From the NCBI RefSeq assembly GCF_006345805.1, contig NC_043004.1, positions 31,248,001 to 31,312,000 of the forward strand: 64,000 nt of DNA, written 5' to 3'. This document shows positions 1-10,774 of this stretch, in pieces. The DNA is from Octopus sinensis (taxonomy: Eukaryota). Below the pieces are notes generated by a model, which saw only the letters and a program-made list of their open reading frames with translations, was not told the DNA's origin and did no database searches. The position numbers and the translations under genes are program-made. Numbering within the stretch: position 1 is the first letter of the stretch; each line of letters opens with the position of its first letter.

Positions 1-764
1 GGCTCAGAAATATCATGGATTCAATAGAAGACACTTAATTGCCTGAGAATGACAACAGACTGATCAAAGGTTGCTTTGGTCACATGGTGCTACAAAACTG
101 GCGTAACCACCAGTGAATGTGGAGAAGCAGACTATACTATGGACTGGTGACTTGTCTGCTCTCAACAACCCAACCTTTGCAGCTCAAAGACTGCAGAGTT
201 CAATAGAAATATAAAGAACTTTTTTCAAAAGATAAGAAACTGACATATAACCATTATGCTTCATAGAAAAACAAAGTGTAATAAATCCTATGCCATCAAT
301 AATAATTAATTATCTAGCCAAGAGAAATTTTATTTTCTTTATTTTGTTAATTAGAACTGATAAAGGTATTGAGCAGACAGAATCATTAACCAATTGGTGC
401 TCTACTGCTTCACAAACCTACACATAAGAAAATATATTCAATTTTTAATATATGGTGAGACTTATGTTTGTAATGTAAGCATTTAATAGATTCTTTTAGA
501 AATGGTAGAGACCAGACTAGAAACTTTACAGTATTTGTTTTTAAAGTCTGTCTTGGAACTGAAACAAATCAGGCTTTTGTTTGTCCCCAATCTTAGTTCT
601 AAGTTCAAATCTCACTGTAATCAACTAAGCTCATTCTTCTGGATCTGATAACAATAAGTATAATAGCTAATACACTGGGTGAATCATATGCCATCAATAA
701 TAATTATCTAGCCAAAAGAAATTTTATTTTCTTTGTTTTATTAATTAGAACTGATAAAGGTAGT

Positions 765-1345
765 GGGACTGGCATCATTAGCCCATTGGACAAAATACTT
801 AGCATTTCTTGAGACCCTTTACATCTTAATTTCCACCAAGATCAACTTTGCCTTTCATCCTTTCAAGGTTGATAAAAAGTTCCAGTTGAGTACTGGGGTC
901 AACATAATTGACTAATTCCCTCCCACTAAAATAGCCAGCCTTATGCCAAATTTTCAAACAAAGGCAGGGTGAGCTGGCAGGATTGTTAGAACATTGGACT
1001 TCTGACTCATTATGTTCTGAGTTCAAATTCAACTTTGCCTTTCATCCTTTCAGGATCAATAAAATGAGTACTGGAGTTGATATAATTAAATAGCTCCCTC
1101 CCTAAAATTCCAGGCCTTGTACCTGTTGTAGAAAGAATTATTATTGTTGTTGTTGTTGTTAGTATTGGCAAGCTCACAGAATCATTAATGCCAAACAAAA
1201 TGCTTAGCAGCATTTCTTTCAGCTCTTTATATTTTGAGTTTAAATTCTGCCAAGATCAATTGTGTCCATCCTTCAAAGGTCTATAAAAGTAACAGTCAAA
1301 TATAGGGATCAATGTAATTAACTAGCCTCTACTTTCTAAAATTGC
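765..1345 (+). mobile_element. Cluster of three degenerate SINE family A copies (Pol III A/B-box head, GACTTTGCCTTTCATCC body)
   Basis: Repeated motifs gagctggcag..gttctgagttcaaattc..actttgcctttcatcc..aagtac match the better copy at 5428-5765. Confidence 0.75.
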
Positions 1346-1995
1346 CGGCCATTAAACTAGAGCAGATGGATCAATAAGTGAATGGTGTGTTAGAACATCA
1401 GACAAAATGTTTTGTATTTAGTTTTGTCTTTCTGTGTTCTTAGATCAGAACCTTGTGTTGATGGCAAACTAGTGTTAAACTGAGTGTAGTGACGCTTCAC
1501 TACAATGTCCAACAAAATGCCTTGTTCCTGTTATCTGTTCTAAGTTCAACTCCCACTGAAGCCAACCTTGCGTTTCATCTTTTCAGGATCAATAACATAC
1601 AGCACCAGCCCATGGCAATGGATTGCAGAATCCTTAGCATGTCAGATAAATGCTTTGCAGTATTTGTTCTGAGTTCTTGGGTGACTGACTTAATCCATCT
1701 CTCAGTTTAACACCACAACTTAGTCTATGGGGGCCAATGCTTTTGTAGAGCTCTCTATGTTACAAGCCTTAGGATCAGGTTTCTAGTTTCTCACCACTCT
1801 AGGAAACCTTGAAAAAGGAAAGAAAAAAATCACAAAGTGCTGTAGGACCTACCATTCCCTCTTTGAATAAATGGTAAAATAACAATAGAAAAATAAATAC
1901 TGCTGATATACTGATGAATTTAGTCAATGATACTTCTTCCCTTGCACTTGACAAAATAAAATCATCTGCAGTTTGAGACTATAGTATAGTGGTGA

Positions 1996-2330
1996 AGGTG
2001 CATGGCTTAGTGATTAGGATATTCAGCTAATGATTGTAAGGTCATGAGTTTGGTTTCCAAGTGCATGTTGTGTCCTTGAGCAAGACATTTTATTTCACTT
2101 TGCTCAAATCCACTCAGCTGGCAAAACTGACTAGTATTTGTATTTCAAAGGGCCACCTTTGTCAGATTCTGTCACACTGAATCTCCTTGAGAATTACATT
2201 AAGAGTACACACGTCTGTGGAGTGCTCAGCCACTTGGCAAATTAATTTCACAAGTAGGCAGTTCCATTGACTGAATTAACTGGAACACTCATTGTTATAA
2301 TCGGCGGAGTGCCAGTTATAGTAGTGTTAA
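1996..2330 (+). mobile_element. tRNA-derived SINE family C (OK-like head, gtgtccttgagcaagac central domain)
   Basis: Head aggtgcatggcttagtgattag; central domain shared with 54608-54950; 3' tail shared with 49436-49818. Confidence 0.8.
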
Positions 2331-2547
2331 AACATAAAAGATGTTTTAAGGTATACCTTACAAATACCTTAAAACATCTTTTATGTTTTAACACTACTAT
2401 AACTGGCACTCCACCGATTATAACAATGAGTGTTCCAGTTGATTCAGTCAATGGAACTGCCTACTTGTGAAATTAATTTGCCAAGTGGCTGAGCACTCCA
2501 CAGATGTGTGTACTCTTAATGTAATTCTCAAGGAGATTCAGTGTGAC
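2171..2547. repeat. Near-perfect inverted repeat, 183-bp arms, 11-nt loop
   Basis: 2171-2353 is the reverse complement of 2365-2547 with 3 mismatches; mirror ORFs 2248-2451(-) and 2267-2470(+) in the track. Confidence 0.97.
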
Positions 2548-2591
2548 CAAGTACAATTTGATTCAAATATATACAACAGAGGTATACTTAC

Positions 2592-2618
2592 CTAATAACT
2601 GATCCAATGGTTCATTAT
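2592..2618 (-). CDS. Candidate 27-nt microexon (xNEPLDQLL, phase 1-1), host gene unknown
   Basis: Minus strand: tgattctgtctgttttttcttctag|ATAATGAACCATTGGATCAGTTATTAG|gtaagt; only the phase-1 frame is open. Confidence 0.35.
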   Translation of the reverse strand: MMNHWISY

Positions 2619-3060
2619 CTAGAAGAAAAAACAGACAGAATCAAAAATATAGTTCAAGACCAAATAGCTTACTTTTGATATAACTTTGGGCATTTAATAC
2701 AAAAATTCTAATTTTCAGACCTATGTTCCAAACTTTTAGCCATGATTGTATATAATGGATGGATGGATGGACACAAAGCTACCTCCTCAATCCCATTCCC
2801 CCTCTCAGTTGAGGGGTCTTTGTCTTGCAAGCTACTTGGTGACCTCATTGCTGCTGATGCCACATAAAAAGCATCCTGTGCACTTTGTAAAGTGAGCATC
2901 CAGCTGCAGAAATCATACCAAATCAAGTGGTAGAACTTGGCACAGTCCTCTAGGTTGCCAGCTCCTGTCATACCAGCATGAAAATCATACACTAAATAAT
3001 GATGATGTGTGTGTGTGTGCACGCGTGTGTGTGCACGCGTGTGTGTGTGTGTGTATGGTA

Positions 3061-3402
3061 AAGGGTAAACACCCACTTCAGTCATGAATGACCATGGGAA
3101 TGCACCAAGAAATTTTCCCTCCAAAGCACAAGTTCCAGGAAGATTGTTTATGGAAGAGCAGCTGTCACCCATGCATACCAGGCTCCCCTCTCCATACCAC
3201 CAATGTTATCCAAGGGAAAGACAAAGGCTGATACAGCTTGGCACCAGTGATGTCACAACTCATTTCTACAGCCGAGTGAACTGGAGCAATGTGAAACAAA
3301 GTGTCTTGCTCAAGAGCACAACACTCAGCTCAGTGCAGGAATCAAACTCACTACCTCATGATTATGAGCCTGACACTGTAACCACTGAGTCATGCACCTT
3401 CA
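3061..3402 (-). mobile_element. SINE family C, full length
   Basis: Reverse complement aligns along its length with 54608-54950. Confidence 0.85.
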
Positions 3403-3540
3403 CTAGTACTTATTTTATTGACCCCCGAAAGAACAAAAGGCAAAGTCAATGTCATCAGAATTTGAACTCAGAATGGAAACAGATAAAATGCTGCTAAGCA
3501 TTTTGCCCAGCATGCTAACAGTTCTGCCTGCTCACCAGGT

Positions 3541-4555
3541 GCAGGTGTGGCTGTGTGGTAAGAAACTTGCTTCCCAACCACATGGCTCCAGGTTCAGTCT
3601 CACTGCATGGCACCTTGGGCAAGTGTCTTCTACAATATCCTCGGGCCAACCAAAGCCTTGTGAGTGGGTTTGGTAGATAAAAACTGAAAGAAACCTGTTG
3701 TATATACAGTAGCAAGCAAAAAAAGAGAACAATTCATATTTTTTTTAAATTTCAGAAAAGCTATTAAACGTATAAATTCACAATTGGTTTCATAAATACA
3801 GTTAACCATTAGCATGGTGGTTTTGTGTGGTCTACCAGTTGCCTTTTTTGGTTCAAAACCTTTAGTTTCTTCATAGAGCTTAAGAACACATGAAACTACA
3901 CTCTTAGATCTCCTTTGCATCTCGTGAAATAGCCGAGAGAGTCATTCCTGAAACTTTCATCCTAGCGATTTCTTTTCGGAGGTCGAGAGTAACTTTAGCA
4001 TGGTGTGCCATGTTCAAAACTAGAACAATACTGAGACGGTAGTAAAGTTGAGCCTGCAAATGTAAACAATATTTGAAATTTCCAGAAATTTCTGAAGGAA
4101 TCTAATCGTTCTCTTATTTTGCACTTGAGACATTTGAACAAAACTAGTTTTAGTGTTATTAACTTTTATTTAGACCATTGTACAAACTTAGATTTTTCAG
4201 AGAATTTAGCTAATGGTTAACCATGTATACAAAACCCAATTACAAATTTGTATGTTCACAAGCTTTTCCGACATTTAAAAATATAATCATTCTCTTTTTT
4301 TTTGTTTGCTACTAAATTTATGTATATATTCTATGTGTTTGTGCCTTTGTGTCTGTTTCTCCCCTCATTGCTGCTTGACTACCAACATTGGTGTATTTAT
4401 GTCCCCTTAACTTGGCAGTTAAGCTGAATGGACTGATGGAATAAGTACTAGGCTTTAAAAAAGTAAGTCCTGGGACTGATTTGTTCAACTAAAGCCCCTT
4501 GAGGTGGTTCTCCAACATGGCCGCAGTCAAATAACTGAAACAAGTAACAGAATAA
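3541..4555 (+). mobile_element. SINE family B (ggtgtggctgtgtggtaag head, internal (TA)n, tgtgtctgtgtttgtccc..cagtcaaatgactgaaacaag tail), split by a Tc1 insertion
   Basis: Head 3541-3706 and tail ~4320-4555 match the intact minus-strand copy at 37186-37580. Confidence 0.8.
3707..4314 (-). mobile_element. Internally deleted Tc1-like element with ~105-bp TIRs; retains only the N-terminal HTH of the transposase
   Basis: TIRs cagtagcaagcaaaaaaagagaa..gttaaccattagc at 3707-~3812 and inverted at ~4208-4314; ATG at 4011: MAHHAKVTLDLRKEIARMKVSGMTLSAISR/(frameshift)..SKSVVSCVLKLYEETKGFEPKKATGRPHKTT. Confidence 0.85.
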
Positions 4556-4561
4556 AAGAAT

Positions 4562-4576
4562 ATGTATGTATGTATA

Positions 4577-4607
<31 letters not shown>

Positions 4608-4657
4608 ATGTATGTATGTATGTATGTATGTATGTATGTATGTATGTATGTATATAC

Positions 4658-4689
<32 letters not shown>

Positions 4690-4698
4690 ATGTATATA

Positions 4699-4729
<31 letters not shown>

Positions 4730-5058
4730 ATGTATGTATGTATGTATGTGTGTGTGTGTATGTATGTATGTATGTATGTATGTATATATGTGTGTGTGTG
4801 TGTATGTATGTATGTATGCATGCATGTATGCATGTATGTATGTATATATGTGTGTGTATGTATGTATGTATATATGTATGTATATGTGTGTGTATGTATG
4901 TATATGTGTGTGTATGTATGTATATGTGTGTGTGTACGTATGTATGTATGTATGTATGTATGTATGTATGTATGTATGCATGCATGCATGCATGCATGCA
5001 TGTATGTATGTATGTATGTATGTATGTATGTATGTATACATGTATGTATGTATATGTA
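4562..5058. repeat. Compound (TATG)n/(TG)n/(CATG)n microsatellite
   Basis: Direct inspection; source of the six overlapping MYVC/HTYI ORFs. Confidence 0.98.
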
Positions 5059-5427
5059 AAATATGGAAATTGGAAAATTTGTAGAATAACTACAGGATAA
5101 ATTGAGCAAATTTGTAGATGAAATAAGAAACTGATGGGCAACAGATGTTTTTCAGTTGAAGTATGCAAAAGATATGACTCTGGTTATTATAGAGATGTAT
5201 TGTGAATGATATATGCATGTTGAGCAGTTGGAAATTGAGGATGAAAGGCCCTGACAATAGCAATTGGTCAACGTAGACTTGGGATGAAATAAACAGATCT
5301 TATCAAGTCCATTTTACATTCAGCCAAAGCTGAACACATTGCTCTACTTCTCCATTGTCCATAGCAAGGTCAGCTGAAGTAAATGGTATTAAAGAGCTTC
5401 TTTAATACCATTCACTTCAGCTGACCT

Positions 5428-5765
5428 GAAGGTGGCGAGCTGGCAGAATTGTTAGCACACCGGGTGAAATGCTTAGCGGTATTTTGTCTGCCATTACGTT
5501 CTGAGTTCAAATTCCGCCGAGGTTGACTTTGCCTTTCATCCTTTCGGGGTCGATTAAATAAGTACCAGTTATGCACTGGGGTCGATATAATCAACTTACT
5601 CCATTTGTCTGTCCTTGTTTGTCCTCTCTGTGTTTAGCCCCTTGTGGGTAGTAAAGAAGTAGGTATTTCGTCTGCTGTTATGTTCTGAGTTCAAATTCCG
5701 CCGAAGTCGACTTTGCCTTTCATCCTTTCGGGGCCGATTAAATAAGTACCAGAAATAAGTACAAG
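5428..5765 (+). mobile_element. SINE family A, near-consensus, with internal partial duplication
   Basis: A-box-like gagctggcagaattg, B box gagttcaaattcc; body repeats from ~5662. Confidence 0.88.
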
Positions 5766-5889
5766 AAATAGGTTTTAAAGAGCTTCAGAATAAATAGATC
5801 CATTTGAAGAACTTAAAGTAAAATGGAATAGATTTACAATACATGGTAATGTACTGTATTGCAGATTCATTCTAACATATTGAATTCAA

Positions 5890-6095
5890 ATTTTGGTACA
5901 AAGACAGTTATTTCAGAGTAAGGGATAAGCCAATTACCTCAACTCCAGTACTCAACTGGTACTTACTTTATTGATCCCAAAAGATTGAAAGGCAAAGTTG
6001 ACCTCAGCAGAATTTGAACTCAAAACATAAAGATGAATGAAGTGTCACTAAACAATTTTGCCCAACATGTTAATAATTCTGATAGTTCACCACCA
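5890..6095 (-). mobile_element. SINE family A
   Basis: tgaaaggcaaagttgacctcagcagaatttgaactc is the reverse complement of the family body. Confidence 0.8.
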
Positions 6096-6414
6096 TGATC
6101 CATTCTAACATATTAATAACTGTTAATGAGCACTACTCCAATAGACATTCTCTGCATATCATATTTATTCAAACTTTTTGAGCTTAGTTTTCTTTCACAG
6201 AACGGCATTTTACCATATTTCCCATATGTGTTTTACCCACCACCCAAAAAAAGAAAAGCTAATTCTTCACAATGGTTTATATCTATATTTTTTCTCATTC
6301 TGTCCCAGCCAACATGTGATGTACTTCTTTTTTCTTTTGAGATTTTTGCTTGAGTTAGTGACCCCTGTGTTAATTTCTTATGGCAATTACTGAAAAAAAA
6401 AAAAGGGCATGTAA

Positions 6415-7196
6415 GGACAGCTGTGTAAAGAAGTGCCAATCTCTAACTGTGGAGAGAACCTGTGGAAGAGGTAGACCCAGGAAGACATGGGATGAGGTGG
6501 TGAAGCATAATAGAGCACAACAAAGGTCACAACTAGTGACCGAGAGGCAATGATGAATGACCAAGACCTTTGACATTATCATCATCATCATTGTTCAACC
6601 GTAGTCGAGACAATGGAATTTACCATGCTATGCCAGACTTCACTGTCCATCATGGCATTACGGAGGTCCTGTTGCTGGATGCCTGTATCCCTGGAGATTA
6701 CATCAGAGTAGGAGAATGTGCGCCCTCTGGTATTGCGAGTAGATGGCTTCCAGAGGAGAAGAGTAGAAATTACCTCTTTTTCAGCTCTACAACAATGTCC
6801 AGCAAACTGGACTCTCCTACCTTTCACAAGAGATGACACAGGTGGTAGTTTTCCATATATTTGCATTTTGGTTGGATGGCGCCTCCACTAGAGATTTTGA
6901 GCTCTCATAAGGAGGCGAGTGTAGGTTCCATCCAACTGCCTCAGGCCCATCAAGTCAAGTAAAATTGCTGTCATGGCAGATACTGATGTCATGCAAATGG
7001 CACCTGTGCTGGTGAGACAATCAGAGTGGTTGGCATTAGGAAGGGTATCCAGCTGTAGAAACCATGCAAAATCAGATTGGAGTCTGGTGCAGCCTTGCAG
7101 CTTGCCAGACCTGGTCAAACCATCCAAGCCATGCCAGCATGGACAAGGGACATTAAAGGATGATGATGATAGTGGTGGTGGTGGTGGTGGTGGTGG

Positions 7197-7232
<36 letters not shown>

Positions 7233-7250
7233 CGACGACGACGACTTGTA
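6415..7250 (+). mobile_element. RTE LINE 3' end (ORF2 C-terminus, 3'UTR, (GAT)n tail) interrupted at ~6578-6955 by another LINE
   Basis: DSCVKKCQSLTVERTCGRGRPRKTWDEVVKH at ~6417-6510; resumes ~6955 with gtggttggcattaggaagggtatccagc and a GAT tail. Confidence 0.8.
6578..6955 (-). mobile_element. 5'-truncated LINE (RTE-like) ORF2 C-terminus with (TGA)n tail
   Basis: LDGTYTRLLMRAQNL..QIYGKLPPVSSLVKGRRVQFAGHCCR; stop then tgatgatgat tail at 6578-6590. Confidence 0.8.
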
Positions 7251-7344
7251 TAATAAAATAACACTGGAGCTTATTAATCATCAGTCAGGTTTCTGATCAC
7301 TGATAACACAATGCCCATCTCATAACTGAAACCTGACAAAGATT

Positions 7345-7655
7345 TTATATTTGAAAATCTATTTAACCTTTTTGATACCAACCTACCTGAAACTGCTCCT
7401 GGTTTTATGATAGAAACTTGTTGCCTTAAAGTGATGTAACCCTTTAGCATTCAGATTAACTTATCCATTGTAATGCTTATTTATCTACATTTTATAAAAT
7501 TAATCATGTAGTATCTTGTAACTTCAATATTTTGAAGATGTGATTGCTTTTTAGAATGACATTGTAGGGTAGGTGTGAAAGGCTGGATATGGTTGGTTTG
7601 ATCATAAACAAGAATAATATTTGGACTGGATGTAGCCTGATGCTCTAACCACAGA
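7345..7655. mobile_element. Fragments of two TTAA-type (piggyBac-like) MITEs
   Basis: ttaacctttttgatacc and taaccctttagcattcaga ends; the first family recurs at 28565, 32855, 36192, 41465, 42523, 56065. Confidence 0.6.
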
Positions 7656-7962
7656 GCCATGCACCTTACAAATAAATATACATTTTCCATACCTTTATTT
7701 TACTTAATTGTTTATATCTTACACATGTACAAAGGTGTGTTTACATAATGCTAAAGATCATTTTTGTGTGCCTGTAGGTAATACTTGAAAATTTACAATG
7801 TGGAAGATGTAGAGAATGATCTCATTAATTTTTTTTATGTTGTGTGTGTCCTACATTTTAATAGAAATAGGAGAAAAGAGAGCAGATAATTAGATAGATG
7901 GATAGCTGTCAACATCAAATAACAAGGTTAAATTAACATTTGTTGAACATATATATATTATA

Positions 7963-8475
7963 CTAGCAGTATCGCCCGGCGTTGCTCGGGTTTGTAAGGG
8001 AAATAACTATATAAGCATTTTTAGAGAGTTACTTCCCTTATAGATGCCAATTCGGGCTTTCTTAGCCATTTCTGTTTTGGTGTCTTCAAGCCATGAAGTC
8101 GTTGTTCTAAAAGAACGCTGGTCTCCTTGACAACGCTTTACGACGTTGATTTCCTTACACTCCCTTACCCACAGCTTCACGAGGGAGGGAAGAAGGGAGA
8201 GACGCAAACAGGTGCAGGTGTGAGCGTGGACGCCAACTCCGCCGCCATCGACACACAAAAAATTATGCATTAAAATGGAATAAAAAATGATGTTAAATTA
8301 TTTTTTAAATCGTAGACTCATCGTAGACGCGCGCTAATACTCAGACGGGCTTGATATGAATCACGACTATAAGATACCTGAATTTGGTTAAACTGCACCA
8401 CAAAATGTGGGAGTAGTTAGGAATCTAAATCGAAGGGGACAGACACTCACATAACTACAGTTTTATATATATAGA
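7963..8475 (-). mobile_element. Non-autonomous Helitron (513 bp)
   Basis: Minus strand starts A|TC at 8475 and ends with hairpin cccgagcaacgccggg plus CTAG|T at 7963; second copy at 47444-47957. Confidence 0.92.
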
Positions 8476-9119
8476 TATTCAGTGTCTATTATGTGAAGAC
8501 AAGTAGGATATAAAAGCACATCTCACACAACACCGTGATAAAGTTCCATGTGGAATTTGAGCTGACTCTGGCATCGGGTTCAAATTGCCAGTTTATATAA
8601 CCCTTGGCTAAACTTATCAGAACCTTCAAACTGCCAATTACCAGGAATCATCATTTGAAGTTTGCTGTTGTTAGTTAATACACGCAAGCCAATACTGATT
8701 GGCAAGTAAACATTTACGTGGGTGTTCTGTTCTTTCAAGGTGCTGATCATGCTGTGGTTCATAGCTGGAAATCCAAGTGAGGTAGCTTGAATCTAGTCAA
8801 AGCCTTAATACACAATAATATATCCTCAAAAAATATTTAATATATCATGGTGACATTTTAATTTATCACAAAATTTAATCTTTGATACCATCTAATATGA
8901 CAAATACAGTGTTGTTAAAAAGGAAAGATGCAGGTGGTCAATAGCTTCTGTATGCTTCAACTGATTCACAAATAATTTGTACTGGAAAGACCATTTTGTG
9001 CTAGCAGTGATTATCATTTAATCATTTAAGAATACTGTAAAAATCTGTCAATATGATATAAAACATCACCAAAGATATTAGAGTCATCTAAAAAAGACTA
9101 TTAATGCCTTGATAACAGA

Positions 9120-9852
9120 TTGTTGGAAGATAGTTTTTGTGTGTAGCAAATGCTCAGGGGCAATAAACACTGAAAATGTGCAGAAAACAGCTTCCATCAC
9201 ATGCCAGGGGGAAAAACAAGAAGTACTTGATAGCTTCTGTTTCCTAGGTAACCAAGTCAGTAGTGGGGGTGGTTGCTCTGAGAGTGTAGTTGCTAGAATA
9301 AGAAAAGCCTGGGCAATTTCAGAGAGCTCCTACCTCTGCTGGTAACAAAGGGCCTCTTGCTCAGGGTAAAAGATAGACTGTATGATGCATGTGTGCAACA
9401 GCCATGCTACATGGCAGTGAAACATGGGCCATGACTGCTGAGGACATGCGTAAGCTTGCAAGAAAAGAAGCCAGTATGCTCCACTGGATGTGTAATGTCA
9501 GTATGCATACACAACAGAGCATAAGCACCCTGAGAGAAAAGTTGGACATAAGAAGCATTAGATGTGGTGTGCAAGAGAGACGACTGCACCAGTATGGTCA
9601 TGTGTTGCATATGGAGGAGGACAGCTGTGTCAAAAAGTGTCACACCCTGACAATAGAGGGAACCTGTGGAAGAAATAGACCCAAGAAGGTGATGAAACAT
9701 GACCTTGGAACATTGGGACTCACAGAGGCGATGAAAAGTGACCAAGACCTTTGGAAATATGCTGTGCTTGAGAAGACCCGACAAGCCAATTGAGACCATA
9801 CCATGGCCTATGGGTTCTCATTCCTAAGGTATATTTTTCGATGTTGTTGTTG

Positions 9853-9896
<44 letters not shown>

Positions 9897-10100
9897 TATT
9901 ATTATTATTATTATTATTATTATGTGCCAATTTCTAATTGCAGAGGGAACCTATGGAAGGGGTAGAGAAAGGAAGATGTGGGGCAAAGTGATGAGAAATG
10001 ATCTTCAAATGTTCAGACTCACACAGGAGATGACAAGGGACCGGGAATTCTGGGAATTTACTGTGATTGAAAAGTCATGTCAAGCCAAGTAAAACCATGG
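9120..10100 (+). mobile_element. RTE LINE ORF2 3' fragments (9120-9810 and 9925-10100), pseudogenised
   Basis: DSFCFLGNQVSSGGGCSESVVARIRKAW; AMLHGSETW; RRLHQYGHVLHM; EGTCGRNRPKK. Confidence 0.9.
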
Positions 10101-10443
10101 CCTTCCATACATACAAGCATGTCCTTTACAGCTATACACCCCTTCCCCTCATGAACATACAGGTACACATATAATTCTGTCCTCTGGAAAAACTCCCCCA
10201 CAGCCCATTTTCCCAACACCCCCACTAATCACTGCAGGCCTCTCCACTCTCCTTCATGTGCCTATCTGCACATTCTCCATGCCTTTACATATCTACCAAT
10301 ATCTACCATACCCACCTACCAGCTGTTCCACCTCCTCTCACTATCACTTGCAATTTCAAAATATCTCCCCTCACACACTTATGGAACATCCTCTCTATTT
10401 CCTCTGTACTACTTATATTTTCCTACTGCTTCCTGTGGGAAGG

Positions 10444-10483
<40 letters not shown>

Positions 10484-10774
10484 ATATATATATATATATA
10501 TATATCTTTCTCTCTAACTCTCTCTCACTTCCCTCTTCTTCTTTGTCTTATTGGGGTAACCAAGTATCTCCTCTGTGATAAAGCAGCTATCCCTGTCCCT
10601 CTATCATACTTCAACCTCTTGCTTGATACACAGTCACTTCCCTCAGTTCCAGCCCCTCTTTCAGCCGATAGGCCCTTGTCTTGCAAGCTAATTGACAGCC
10701 CTGTGGGTGCTAGTGTCACATATACAGTGCCTGCACTGGTGTTACATGAAACATACTCATGCTGGTGCCATGAA

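Noticed and set aside
4448-5168. Six long ORFs (165-213 aa)
   Set aside because: Translations of a (TATG)n microsatellite; the same applies to HT/YI/CV-rich ORFs at 12.7-14.9, 21.6-22.8, 24.1, 25.3-25.9, 43.0-43.5, 53.0 and 58.4-59.8 kb
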